The notes under the pieces were generated by a model. It saw only the letters and a program-made list of their open reading frames with translations, did not search any database and was not told where the DNA came from. Below are positions 1 through 9,692 of a stretch of 64,000 nt of DNA, piece by piece. The DNA is from a bacterium. Its GTDB lineage: Bacteria > Acidobacteriota > Aminicenantia > Aminicenantales > Aminicenantaceae. The stretch lies in contig JAGXKI010000001.1 of assembly GCA_018335295.1 (NCBI GenBank), positions 79,512 to 143,511 on the forward strand, read 5' to 3'. The translations under genes and the position numbers were made by a program. Every line of letters starts with the position of its first letter. The first letter of the stretch is position 1.

Positions 1-27
1 ACGAAAATGATATTATACTAAAAATCG

Positions 28-2043
28 ATGAGTATGAAAAAGATAAGTCTTCTTTTAATCCTTCTCTCGACTTGTTCATGCTCCCTGCATACCGCTTCTC
101 CCAGTGTTTACCCTACCGGCATCATTTTTCCTTTGGTGAAGACTCAAGAAGTGAATTATAAAGGAAAAATATTGAGTCCTATGAGGAGGGAAAAGAATCA
201 TCTGTATTTTTCTACAGTTCCAGGATATGTTTACTGTGTGGACTCAGAAAAGGCCCAAGTCATATGGACATACCAGGTTCCTGTAAGCTTGAAGAGTCCT
301 ACCTATCTAGGAAAAGAAAATCTGTATTTTGTAGGAAGCTCCAATACGCTTTACTGTATAGACCGTCAGGGTCAGTTTGTCTGGAAAAAGAAATTTGACC
401 AAACCATTACCAGCCCTCTCACTGTGGATTCCCGGAAGGTGTACCTGGGGACCGAAAAGGGGCAATTCTTTGCTCTGAAAGGGAAAGATGGAAGAGTTCT
501 CTGGAAATACCGGGCTGGGGGAGCCCTCCGCACTCAGTCTGTGGTCACCACGGACAAAGTGATTTTTGGTTGTGACAATGGAAGCCTTTATTTTTTATCT
601 CTCAATGGAAAGTTTTTGGGTAAAGATGAATTGAAGGAAAAAACAGCACCGACACTGAAAAAAGAGGATGAGATTCTTTATTTTGGTACCGAAGGGGAAC
701 ATATCTACAGTTACCATTTGAAAAAGCGAAGGGTGAGATGGGAAGTGGAACTGGGGAGTCCCAGTTACACTCCCCCTGTCATAAAAGGAAAAAGACTCTT
801 TTTTCTCTGCTGGAATGGGGTCCTCTACTGTCTGAATAAAAACAGTGGATCCATATTGTGGTGGAATACAGTGCCGGCCCGCAGTCATTACCGGTTGGAG
901 GTGGTGGAAGATAAAATTGTGGTCACTTCTCTTTCCAGCCGCCTGCTGTCTTTTGATATAAAAACGGGCAAGGAAACGGGTTATTTCGAGTTTCCCCAAG
1001 AAATCAAATCAAACCCTCTATGGAAGGCTCCCTGGTTAATGGTAAACCTCTATCTTGACCAGAGAGAGCAGGGAAAACTCTGGTTTTTGGAAAAATTAGT
1101 GAAAGTTTCTCTCTCTGCATCAAAGGAACCCCCCGGACATTTAGGGGAGCCGGTGGTTTTTTCTGCAAAGGGTACAGGCTTTTTCCGAGCTCAATACCGT
1201 TTTCGACTCACCCGTTATGGAAAGCTTCCGTTTGGATGGAATCATTTTATCCTGTTTAAAGATAAAGAGAAACAGATTGTGCAGGATTGGTCTGAAAAAA
1301 CTTCCTGGGAATGGGTCCCGGAGAAGGAAGGATATTACAAAATTCAGGTTGAAGTGAAAGATGAAAAAGAAAGAGCCGAAACAGAAATGAATTACTTTAT
1401 AGAGATGGAAAAACCTGGAGTATCCCTTCAAGCCTCTCAAGAGCCGCCTGTATGGATTGGAGATGAAATTGTATTTCAGGCCAAGTCTATAGCCCTCCAG
1501 GCCCCTCAGTATGAATTTTATCTGACTCCTTTGATAGAAATGAGATTGGGATGGATGGGTTATGTTTTTATGCCTCAGGAAGAGGAAAATTTGGTTCAGA
1601 AAAAGTCTGAAAAGAACTCCTGGAAATGGATTCCGCAGGAAGAAGGACTTTATTCCATCCGGGTAAAGGTAGTAGGTGAAGAAGGAAAGGCTGAGGAGAC
1701 CATAGGGTTGGCTGTAGAAAAGAAAGAACCTCAAGTAGAATTGAGTGCTTCTTCCAAGTCTCCTCAGGAGTTAGGAGTGAAAGTCAAGTTCACTGCCCAA
1801 GCCACTGGGTTTCAGAAACCTGTGTATGAGTTTTATCTTACCCCTTTAGTTCGGGTGACCTGGAGATGGGGTGGATTTTTGTTCCTTCCTTATAGAAAGG
1901 AAAAGCAAGTCTGGAAAAGTTCCCAAAAAAACTCCTGGCAATGGGTTCCTCCTGAAGAAGGGGCCTACCTGATTGAAGTGAAAGTCAAAGAAAAGGAGAT
2001 TCAGGCTGAAGCTAGGTCCTTGTTTTTGATAAAATCGGAATAA
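28..2043 (+). CDS. PQQ-like (BamB-type) beta-propeller lipoprotein with three C-terminal Ig-like/Y_Y_Y-type repeats
   Basis: N-terminal signal with Cys (LLSTCSC); repeated 'G.vY/Fcl...G...W' propeller blades; three ~105-aa tandem repeats, each ending in W.W.P.eEG.Y.I.V.V. Confidence 0.75.
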   Translation: MSMKKISLLLILLSTCSCSLHTASPSVYPTGIIFPLVKTQEVNYKGKILSPMRREKNHLYFSTVPGYVYCVDSEKAQVIWTYQVPVSLKSPTYLGKENLYFVGSSNTLYCIDRQGQFVWKKKFDQTITSPLTVDSRKVYLGTEKGQFFALKGKDGRVLWKYRAGGALRTQSVVTTDKVIFGCDNGSLYFLSLNGKFLGKDELKEKTAPTLKKEDEILYFGTEGEHIYSYHLKKRRVRWEVELGSPSYTPPVIKGKRLFFLCWNGVLYCLNKNSGSILWWNTVPARSHYRLEVVEDKIVVTSLSSRLLSFDIKTGKETGYFEFPQEIKSNPLWKAPWLMVNLYLDQREQGKLWFLEKLVKVSLSASKEPPGHLGEPVVFSAKGTGFFRAQYRFRLTRYGKLPFGWNHFILFKDKEKQIVQDWSEKTSWEWVPEKEGYYKIQVEVKDEKERAETEMNYFIEMEKPGVSLQASQEPPVWIGDEIVFQAKSIALQAPQYEFYLTPLIEMRLGWMGYVFMPQEEENLVQKKSEKNSWKWIPQEEGLYSIRVKVVGEEGKAEETIGLAVEKKEPQVELSASSKSPQELGVKVKFTAQATGFQKPVYEFYLTPLVRVTWRWGGFLFLPYRKEKQVWKSSQKNSWQWVPPEEGAYLIEVKVKEKEIQAEARSLFLIKSE

Positions 2044-2070
2044 ATAAAAAAAGAGAAAGGAGAAAAAAGC

Positions 2071-2616
2071 ATGAAAAGAGAAGAAGCGTTTCAACTGGTC
2101 CAAAAGCATCTTAAGAACAAAAATCTGATCAAACATTCTTTAGCCGTGGAGGCCTGCATGAGGGCTGTGGCGGAAAGATTGAACAAAGATGTCCAAAAGT
2201 GGGGATTGACGGGTCTTTTGCATGACCTGGATTATGAGATGACCGAAAAGAGTCCCGAACGTCATACCGATGAGACCGTGAATATTCTCAAGGATGAGGA
2301 TGTGGACCCCGAAATCCTCCGGACCATTCAGGCTCATGCAGGGAAGGTTTCCTGCGAGAGTGAGATGGAATGGGCTATTTATTCCATTGACCCATTGACA
2401 GGGTTGATTGTGGCGGCTACCTTAATGCATCCTAGCAAAAAATTGAAGGAAGTGGACCTGGATTTTATCAAAAGAAGATACAAAGAAAAAAGTTTTGCCC
2501 GGGGAGCCAAGAGAGAAGATATCGAACAGATAAAAAATATCGGGATGGACTTGGATGAGTTCATTTCTATCTGTCTGAAGGCCATGCAGGGGATCCACAA
2601 GGAATTGGGTTTGTGA
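2071..2616 (+). CDS. HD/HDIG-domain metal-dependent phosphohydrolase
   Basis: KHSLAVE...GLLHDLDYE...H motifs; KSFARG C-terminal motif. Confidence 0.85.
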   Translation: MKREEAFQLVQKHLKNKNLIKHSLAVEACMRAVAERLNKDVQKWGLTGLLHDLDYEMTEKSPERHTDETVNILKDEDVDPEILRTIQAHAGKVSCESEMEWAIYSIDPLTGLIVAATLMHPSKKLKEVDLDFIKRRYKEKSFARGAKREDIEQIKNIGMDLDEFISICLKAMQGIHKELGL

Positions 2617-2891
2617 GCAGAGAAGAAGAATTTTTTCTTCCATCCGCTGAAAATCCCGGAGTAGGTGGGTCTAAGGATGGGATTTTTAAAGAAGGAAAGC
2701 TTTTTATGGATTCTTTTATTTGAACGGGAAAGGGATGAGATCGTGTGTATAAATTTAATGCACTCCACTTTGATTTAAGTTATAATGAAACGACTTAGGA
2801 TAAAGTGGTGTCAATTTGAATGGAGATTTGATAATCTTAAAAAAGAATATTTCAAACTAAAAACTCAATATTATAAAAGGAGGTCATTACC

Positions 2892-4520
2892 ATGAACAGC
2901 ATTGTAAAGGTTCCACTTCCGAAAAATGAACCTTTGAATAGTTACGCTCCAGGAACTCCCCAGCGTGAATCTTTGAAAGAAAAGATGAAAGAGATGCTGG
3001 ATCAAGAAATTGAAATACCCTTGCTCATCGGGGGAAAGGAGGTCAAGACAGGAGACCTTGCAGACTGCCGTTGTCCTCATGACCACAAGCACCTTTTAGG
3101 CAAGTACCACAAAGCAGGACCCAAAGAGATAGAGATGGCAGTGAAAGCAGCCAAAGAGGCATGGAAAGAATGGTCAGAGATGGATTGGTTAGACCGAGCT
3201 TCTATATTCCAGCGGGCTGCTGAGTTTTTATCCAAAAGATATCGGGATACCATCAATGCGGCTACAATGCTGGGACAGTCCAAAACAGCTCATCAAGCAG
3301 AGATTGATTCAGCGTGTGAATTGATTGATTTTGTCCGTTTCAACCTCCACTACATGAGTCACATTTTTTCCCAGCAGCCTTCTTCGCCCACGGGAATCTG
3401 GAATTATGTGGATTACCGCCCTCTGGAAGGGTTTATATTTGCGGTCAGTCCTTTTAATTTCACTTCCATAGCCGGAAATTTACCCAGCGCCCCCGCCATG
3501 ATGGGAAATACTGTTTTGTGGAAGCCCGCATCTTCGGCTGTTTTTTCAGCTTACTATATCGCTCAAGTGTTCAAAGAAGCAGGACTTCCGGATGGAGTGA
3601 TTAATTTTGTTCCGGGTTCGGGTCGATATGTGGGAGATCCCATTTTGGAAAAACCGGATTTGGCTGGAGTTCATTTTACGGGAAGTACTTCGGTATTTCA
3701 GTCTATGTGGAAAACCATCGGAGACAATATCAAAAATTACTGGACTTATCCGCGAATTGTTGGAGAGACAGGAGGGAAAAATTATGTGTTTGTTCATCCC
3801 TCAGCGGATTTGGACGAGGTGGTTACCGCGGTCATCCGGGGAGCTTATGAATATCAAGGTCAGAAGTGCTCGGCAGTGAGCCGGCTTTATGTTCCCTCCA
3901 ACCGTTGGGAAACCTTCAAGCAGAAGTTATTGGATGAAATAAAAACAGTCAAAATGGGAGATCCCATGGATTTCACCAATTTTGTGAACGCTGTGATCGA
4001 TAAAGGGGCTTTTGATTCCATTACAGAGTTTATTGATTACGCCAAGGAATCCAATGAATCGGAAATCATCCACGGAGGAAATTATGATGATTCCAAAGGC
4101 TATTTTATTGAGCCTACTGTGGTGAAGGTGACCAATCCCAGACACAAATTGATGGAAGAAGAAATTTTTGGCCCTGTACTCACAATCTATGTCTATCCTG
4201 AAGATGAATTCAAAGAAACCTTAGAATTGTGCAACAAGACCTCTCCTTATGGGTTAACCGGGGCTATTTATGCCACCGACAGAAAAGCCATTGCGGAAGC
4301 GGGAAAAGCTCTCCGGCATTCAGCAGGAAATTTTTACATCAACGATAAACCTACGGGAGCTGTAGTCAATCAGCAGCCTTTTGGAGGAGCCAGGGCTTCA
4401 GGGACCAATGATAAAGCAGGATCGTTCTTGAATCTGGTTCGATGGATCAGTACTCGAGCCATTAAGGAAAACTTAAATCCTCCTAAAAACTATAGATACC
4501 CTTTCATGGAGGAAAAATAG
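2892..4520 (+). CDS. pruA: L-glutamate gamma-semialdehyde (1-pyrroline-5-carboxylate) dehydrogenase
   Basis: NEP..Y.PG, QAEIDSACELIDF, PFNFTSI, GETGGKN, EYQGQKCSA, GNFYINDKPTGAVV.QQPFGG.R.SGTNDKAG; RBS AGGAGG. Confidence 0.93.
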   Translation: MNSIVKVPLPKNEPLNSYAPGTPQRESLKEKMKEMLDQEIEIPLLIGGKEVKTGDLADCRCPHDHKHLLGKYHKAGPKEIEMAVKAAKEAWKEWSEMDWLDRASIFQRAAEFLSKRYRDTINAATMLGQSKTAHQAEIDSACELIDFVRFNLHYMSHIFSQQPSSPTGIWNYVDYRPLEGFIFAVSPFNFTSIAGNLPSAPAMMGNTVLWKPASSAVFSAYYIAQVFKEAGLPDGVINFVPGSGRYVGDPILEKPDLAGVHFTGSTSVFQSMWKTIGDNIKNYWTYPRIVGETGGKNYVFVHPSADLDEVVTAVIRGAYEYQGQKCSAVSRLYVPSNRWETFKQKLLDEIKTVKMGDPMDFTNFVNAVIDKGAFDSITEFIDYAKESNESEIIHGGNYDDSKGYFIEPTVVKVTNPRHKLMEEEIFGPVLTIYVYPEDEFKETLELCNKTSPYGLTGAIYATDRKAIAEAGKALRHSAGNFYINDKPTGAVVNQQPFGGARASGTNDKAGSFLNLVRWISTRAIKENLNPPKNYRYPFMEEK

Positions 4521-4551
4521 GTCACATGTCCATAAAAAGGGGGACAAAAGA

Positions 4552-6072
4552 ATGAAGGAACTATTGGAAAAGCTTGGTATCAAGGAAGTTAACCCAGGGG
4601 TTTGTGCAGGCCCTGATGATTGGTTGGAAGATTCCCAAGGAAAAGAGCTCATTTCTACCAACCCCACCACTGGAGAGCCTTTGGCTAAAGTGATCCAGGC
4701 CACTGAGAACACTTATGAAGAAGTGGTGAGTCAGGCCGAAAGCTCTTTTTATGAATGGCGCATGACTCCGGCTCCAAAAAGGGGACTGGCTGTGAGAGAT
4801 TTGGGACAGGCTCTTCGGGATTTGAAAGAACCATTGAGTGAACTGGTGAGCTTGGAGATGGGAAAGATAAAACCGGAAGGATTGGGTGAAGTTCAGGAGA
4901 TGATCGATATCTGTGATTTTGCAGTAGGTCTGTCCCGCCAGCTTTACGGATTGACTATACAATCCGAACGGTCCCGCCATCGAATGTATGAACAGTGGCA
5001 TCCTTTGGGTCCGATTGGAGTGGTCACGGCTTTTAATTTTCCAGTAGCTGTGTGGTCATGGAATACCGCGGTAGCGGTAGTATGTGGAGACCCGGTGGTA
5101 TGGAAACCTTCTTCAGAGGTGCCTTTAACAGCGATTGCCGTGCAGAATATCGCCAACAAAGTTATGGCCGATCATGGTCTCAAAGGAATTTTCAATCTGG
5201 CCATCGGCCGCGGCTCTGTAGTAGGAGAGCAGATGATCAATGACCGTCGGATTTCTCTGATATCATTCACAGGATCCACCAAGATGGGTCGGAGAGTCTC
5301 TGAAGCTGTGGCCAAGAGGTTTGGCCGGACCATACTGGAGCTGGGTGGGAACAATGCCATTATTGTGGACAAGGACGCAGATCTGGATTTAGCTGTTCGC
5401 GCTGTTTTATTTGCAGCTGTAGGAACCGCCGGGCAGAGGTGCACTACCACCCGCCGGCTCATCATGCATAAATCCGTAGCCTCCGAATTGACTGAAAGGA
5501 TTGTCAATGCTTACAAACAGGTCCGGATTGGGGATCCTTTAAAAGATGGAATTCTAATGGGGCCTTTGGTTAACCAAGCCGCTGTGGAAGATATGATGGG
5601 GGCTTTGGAGAAAGCTAAAGAACAGGGTGGAGAAGTCATCTATGGGGGAAACCGGCTCCCTGATTTAGGAGAAAGATTTGTTGAACCTACCATAGTCAAG
5701 ATGCCTTCCCAGACAGAAATTGTCCATCAGGAAACATTTGCTCCCATTCTTTATTTGTTGGAGTGTGAAAATCTGGATGAAGCTCTGACGCTTCACAACG
5801 AGGTTCCCCAAGGATTGTCCAGCGCTATTTTCACCACAAGTCTTCTTTCTGCAGAAAAATTCCTTTCTCACGAAGGTTCAGACTGTGGGCTGGCTAATGT
5901 CAATATAGGAACCTCTGGAGCAGAGATCGGGGGCGCCTTCGGTGGAGAAAAGGAGACCGGAGGAGGAAGAGAATCCGGTTCCGATGCTTGGAAAGCTTAT
6001 ATGCGGAGGCAAACCACCACCATCAACTGGTCCAAAGAGCTTCCTCTGGCTCAAGGAATCAAGTTTGAATGA
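4552..6072 (+). CDS. Aldehyde dehydrogenase family 7 (piperideine-6-carboxylate/aminoadipate-semialdehyde dehydrogenase-like)
   Basis: GEVQEMIDICDFAVGLSRQL, AFNFPVAVWSWN, LELGGNNA, GTAGQRCTT, NIGTSGAEIGGAFGGEKETGGGRESGSD. Confidence 0.9.
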   Translation: MKELLEKLGIKEVNPGVCAGPDDWLEDSQGKELISTNPTTGEPLAKVIQATENTYEEVVSQAESSFYEWRMTPAPKRGLAVRDLGQALRDLKEPLSELVSLEMGKIKPEGLGEVQEMIDICDFAVGLSRQLYGLTIQSERSRHRMYEQWHPLGPIGVVTAFNFPVAVWSWNTAVAVVCGDPVVWKPSSEVPLTAIAVQNIANKVMADHGLKGIFNLAIGRGSVVGEQMINDRRISLISFTGSTKMGRRVSEAVAKRFGRTILELGGNNAIIVDKDADLDLAVRAVLFAAVGTAGQRCTTTRRLIMHKSVASELTERIVNAYKQVRIGDPLKDGILMGPLVNQAAVEDMMGALEKAKEQGGEVIYGGNRLPDLGERFVEPTIVKMPSQTEIVHQETFAPILYLLECENLDEALTLHNEVPQGLSSAIFTTSLLSAEKFLSHEGSDCGLANVNIGTSGAEIGGAFGGEKETGGGRESGSDAWKAYMRRQTTTINWSKELPLAQGIKFE

Positions 6073-6290
6073 TGGGGGAATCCAGAGTTACTCTGAAAAC
6101 AGACATTGAAGAGCTTGTTAAAGAATTTCCGGAGTCGGTAAAATTTTTGACCAGTAGGGAAGTACGCTGCATAAAGTGCGGCGAACCTTTCTGGGGTTCC
6201 ATTGGGGATTTGTTGGAAGAAGAAGAAATTGATGATCCTCAGGGACTTGTGGAAGAACTGAACCAGTATATTAAGGAAAAAAACTCTTGA
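6069..6290 (+). CDS. DUF1858-like small protein
   Basis: I.ELV..FPE...FL....CxxC pattern; start overlaps the ALDH stop. Confidence 0.7.
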   Translation: MMGESRVTLKTDIEELVKEFPESVKFLTSREVRCIKCGEPFWGSIGDLLEEEEIDDPQGLVEELNQYIKEKNS

Positions 6291-6569
6291 GTTCTGTGGA
6301 GAACGGTTTGACCTTATCTTAAAAAATTCCGGAAGTCGGAGAAAAAAGTGATGAATTCTATTTTCTTGGGATGATCTTCACAGTCCACTGCGTTCAAGAA
6401 TATTCCTTGGGTCAATTACAGAGTTTCAAAACAAAGGAGGAGCTCCCTTTGTTCCTTCAGAGGGCATAATCTTTTCTCGAAGGGAAGATTGGGAGGGACT
6501 CTGAGAAGGGAGAGTCGTTATTGACTTGGATTCTGATATTCGTTATGTTTAAAAATCCCCAGGAGTTGT

Positions 6570-7247
6570 TTGAGGATGACGGATAAAGAGAAAATTAGAT
6601 TCAACCATATTTCTATTGAGGGTGTTCTCAAGTCCGGAAAAACCAAGCTGGCCAATAATCTGGCCCGAAAAATAGGCGGCAGAATTGTGTTTGATCGAAC
6701 TGAAAATCCTTATTTAAAGGATTTTTATGACGAAAGGGAAGGAGCGGCTCTTTTGGCCCAGCTTGTTTTTTTAGTAAACAGATATCATCAGCAGTCAGCT
6801 TTGGTTCAGAGGAATCTGTTTGAAGAACGAATGATCTGTGATTATCTCTTCGAGAAAGATAAGATTTATGCTTACCAGACTCTCACTGATGATGAACTCA
6901 TCGTTTATGAAAAATTATTCGGAATTCTCTCTGAAAGAGTCCCTAAACCGGACATGGCTGTATACCTGCAGATCTCCCTGCCTACTCTTTTGAAAAGGAT
7001 TGCTAGGGAAGGAACAGATTTGGAAAAGAAGATTGCCGAAAGTTATTTGAAAGATCTCATCGAAGCCTTTGATTACTATTTTTTCAACTACCAATCTTCG
7101 CCTCTTCTGGTGGTGAAAGCAGATCATTTGGATTTCGATAAGGAAGAAGACCTTGATGACCTTATCGATAAGATCAAACAGATGAAAAAAAGCCCTCTGT
7201 ATTATGTTCCTTTAGGCAGTTCTAAAGGGTTCCCGAAAAAGGATTGA
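6570..7247 (+). CDS. Deoxynucleoside kinase family protein
   Basis: ISIEG..SGKT P-loop, NPYL..FY, DY.F.KD.I.A, PDM.VYLQ; directly upstream of panB. Confidence 0.88.
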   Translation: MRMTDKEKIRFNHISIEGVLKSGKTKLANNLARKIGGRIVFDRTENPYLKDFYDEREGAALLAQLVFLVNRYHQQSALVQRNLFEERMICDYLFEKDKIYAYQTLTDDELIVYEKLFGILSERVPKPDMAVYLQISLPTLLKRIAREGTDLEKKIAESYLKDLIEAFDYYFFNYQSSPLLVVKADHLDFDKEEDLDDLIDKIKQMKKSPLYYVPLGSSKGFPKKD

Positions 7248-7253
7248 TAAAAC

Positions 7254-7331
7254 TCAGACTCGGGGATTCAAAAGTTATTTCCCGAGGATATCTGACTTTA
7301 CCTCAATCTCGATGAATAAGGCGGGATGGGG
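7254..7331 (+). ncRNA. Probable pan RNA motif (structured leader of panBCD)
   Basis: Hairpin 1 TCAGA-CTCGGG...CCCGAG-GATA-TCTGA with a purine bulge, then hairpin 2 CCTCAATCTCG...CGGGATGGGG, ending just before the panB RBS. Position and two-stem form match the described pan motif; no covariance search was run. Confidence 0.55.
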
Positions 7332-7339
7332 AGAAAGGA

Positions 7340-8197
7340 ATGAGCATGACTGAAAAGAAAAACTCACCGGTGACCATTACTGATATTCAGGCGAAAAAAG
7401 GGAAGAAAGAAAAGATAGTCTCTCTCACGGCTTATGATTTTCCTGTAGCAAAGATTGTGAGTGAATCAGGGGTGGATTTGATTTTGGTTGGAGATTCTCT
7501 GGGCATGGTGGTTCTTGGTTATGAGAACACCATCCCTGTGACCATGGATGAAATGATCCATCATACCAAAGCGGTGGTGAGGGCTTCTCCCAAACCTCTG
7601 GTGGTGGGGGATATGCCTTATTATTCGTTCCACATATCCGAAGAAGAGACTCTCCGCAACGCATTCCGTTTTCTTAAAGAAGGCGGGGCTCAGGCTGTAA
7701 AAGTGGAAGGAGCCAGCCCACGGCGGTTAAAGATGATTGAAACTATGGTGGACTCCGGCATTCCAGTCATGGGGCATGTGGGATTGACCCCTCAATCCAT
7801 TCATCAATTAGGCCATTTCAGAGTTCAGGGAAAGCAGGCCAAAGAAGCCAAAAGGATCGCTTCCCAAGCTCAAAATCTGGAGAAAGCCGGAGTGTTTTCC
7901 GTTATTCTGGAATGCATTCCCATGGAATTATCCAGGGTAATTACAGAAAAATTAAAAATTCCTACTATCGGGATTGGAGCTGGACCCTACTGTGATGGTC
8001 AGATTTTGGTTTTTCATGATTTAGTCGGTTATGCCCATGGCTATCTGCCAAAGTTTGTCAAAAGATACGCTCATCTCCACAGCATTTTGAGTGATGCTGT
8101 TCAGTCTTATATTCACGATGTTAAAGAAAAAAAATTTCCAGATGACCCTCATTCTTATCATGTGAAGTCCTCTAAGATATTGGATGAAGTGGATTGA
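7340..8197 (+). CDS. panB: 3-methyl-2-oxobutanoate hydroxymethyltransferase
   Basis: LTAYD, ILVGDSLGMV, VGDMP, VKVEG, GHVGLTPQ, GIGAG..CDGQILV. Confidence 0.97.
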   Translation: MSMTEKKNSPVTITDIQAKKGKKEKIVSLTAYDFPVAKIVSESGVDLILVGDSLGMVVLGYENTIPVTMDEMIHHTKAVVRASPKPLVVGDMPYYSFHISEEETLRNAFRFLKEGGAQAVKVEGASPRRLKMIETMVDSGIPVMGHVGLTPQSIHQLGHFRVQGKQAKEAKRIASQAQNLEKAGVFSVILECIPMELSRVITEKLKIPTIGIGAGPYCDGQILVFHDLVGYAHGYLPKFVKRYAHLHSILSDAVQSYIHDVKEKKFPDDPHSYHVKSSKILDEVD

Positions 8198-8206
8198 GGA
8201 GAAGAA

Positions 8207-9058
8207 ATGAAGATTATCTCTTCCATAGAAGATATGAAAAATGAGATGAGAGAATTTCGATGTCAGAACAAAACAAAGGGATTTGTTCCCACCATGGGAT
8301 ACCTTCATGAAGGCCATCTCAGTTTGGTTAGAGAATGTGTTAAAAAATCTGATTATTCAGTAGTAAGTATTTTTGTCAATCCGGCTCAGTTTGGTCCCGG
8401 AGAGGATTTTGAGGACTACCCCCGAGATTTTCAGCGAGACTCTGAGATTCTACGGAATGAAGGAGTGGATTGTTTATTTTATCCCAGTAATGAAGAAATG
8501 TATCCCCAGGGTTACAAGACATATGTTCAAGTTTATGATCTCAAGAATAAATTGTGCGGGCGCTCTCGTCCTCATCACTTCACGGGAGTCTGCACGGTGG
8601 TTTTAAAGTTGTTCCATATTGTCAATCCCCACCAGGCGTTTTTCGGGCAGAAAGATTTTCAGCAAGCCGTCATCCTTAAAAGAATGATCCGGGACCTTAA
8701 CTTGGATGTGAATCTCCGAGTTCTTCCCATAGTAAGAGAAGAGGGAGGGTTGGCCGTGAGTTCCCGAAATACTTATCTCACGCCAGAGCAGAGAAAGGCA
8801 GCTCTCCGCCTGTATCAGAGTTTGCAGGAAGCTCAAAGAATGGTGGATCAAGGGGAAAGGAAATCTCAGAATATCATCCAGATAATGAAAAAGAATATCG
8901 AGAGTGAACCAGAGGCCCAAATTGATTATATAAAAATTGTGGATACCGAAAACCTGGATCCTCTCTCTGAATTAAATCAAGACGCTTTAGTAGCTTTAGC
9001 CGTTTTTATCGGAAAAGTAAGGCTCATAGACAATACCATTATTAAGCCAGAAGGGTGA
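8207..9058 (+). CDS. panC: Pantoate-beta-alanine ligase
   Basis: FVPTMGYLHEGHLSL, SIFVNPAQF, FGQKDFQQ, SSRN, RLIDN. Confidence 0.97.
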   Translation: MKIISSIEDMKNEMREFRCQNKTKGFVPTMGYLHEGHLSLVRECVKKSDYSVVSIFVNPAQFGPGEDFEDYPRDFQRDSEILRNEGVDCLFYPSNEEMYPQGYKTYVQVYDLKNKLCGRSRPHHFTGVCTVVLKLFHIVNPHQAFFGQKDFQQAVILKRMIRDLNLDVNLRVLPIVREEGGLAVSSRNTYLTPEQRKAALRLYQSLQEAQRMVDQGERKSQNIIQIMKKNIESEPEAQIDYIKIVDTENLDPLSELNQDALVALAVFIGKVRLIDNTIIKPEG

Positions 9059-9063
9059 GAACT

Positions 9064-9420
9064 ATGTATCGAATCATGCTTAAAGCAAAGATTCACGGAG
9101 CCTGGGTGACTGAGACCAATATCGACTATGAAGGAAGTCTTACTCTGGATGAGTCCTTGATGAAAACCGGAGAGATGGTTCCTAATGAACAGGTATGGGT
9201 TTATAATGTCACCAACGGGGAAAGATTTACCACTTATTTGATCAAGGGTAAAAAAGATTCAGGAGTGATTGGGATCAACGGAGCGGCGGTTCATAAAGCT
9301 CAAAAGGGACATAAACTGATTGTAGCTTCCTACTGCCTTATTGATGAGCAGGAAATTCAATTTTTTCTTCCCAAAAAGTTGATATTGGATGAAAATAACC
9401 GGATAAAAGAGATAAAATAG
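9064..9420 (+). CDS. panD: Aspartate 1-decarboxylase
   Basis: K.KIH, YEGS autocleavage site, NGERF.TY, INGAA; ATG at 9064 chosen (GTG at 9055 possible). Confidence 0.95.
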   Translation: MYRIMLKAKIHGAWVTETNIDYEGSLTLDESLMKTGEMVPNEQVWVYNVTNGERFTTYLIKGKKDSGVIGINGAAVHKAQKGHKLIVASYCLIDEQEIQFFLPKKLILDENNRIKEIK

Positions 9421-9439
9421 TGAGGCATACTTTTGGCTG

Positions 9440-9610
9440 ATGATTGAGGAATCTAAGGATAAAAGAGAGAAGGAGATAAAAGAGGATGTGTCCCGGTTGA
9501 TCGAATCCATAAGGAAAGAAAATGATATGCTTCGGAAGATGATTGATTCCTTCAAAAAGCTTGAGCAGCAACAAGACAAAAAGACAGAAGAAAACAAAGG
9601 GGGATTATAG
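9440..9610 (+). CDS. Small charged coiled-coil hypothetical protein (56 aa, absent from the ORF track)
   Basis: MIEESKDKREKEIKEDVSRLIESIRKENDMLRKMIDSFKKLEQQQ...; fills the gap after panD. Confidence 0.45.
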   Translation: MIEESKDKREKEIKEDVSRLIESIRKENDMLRKMIDSFKKLEQQQDKKTEENKGGL

Positions 9611-9692
9611 ACCAAATTCTCTTTTCTGTCCCTTTCTACCTATATATAAAGGGAAAGGTTTCAGTTGTTTCCTGGAGTGTTATTAGAGAAAA

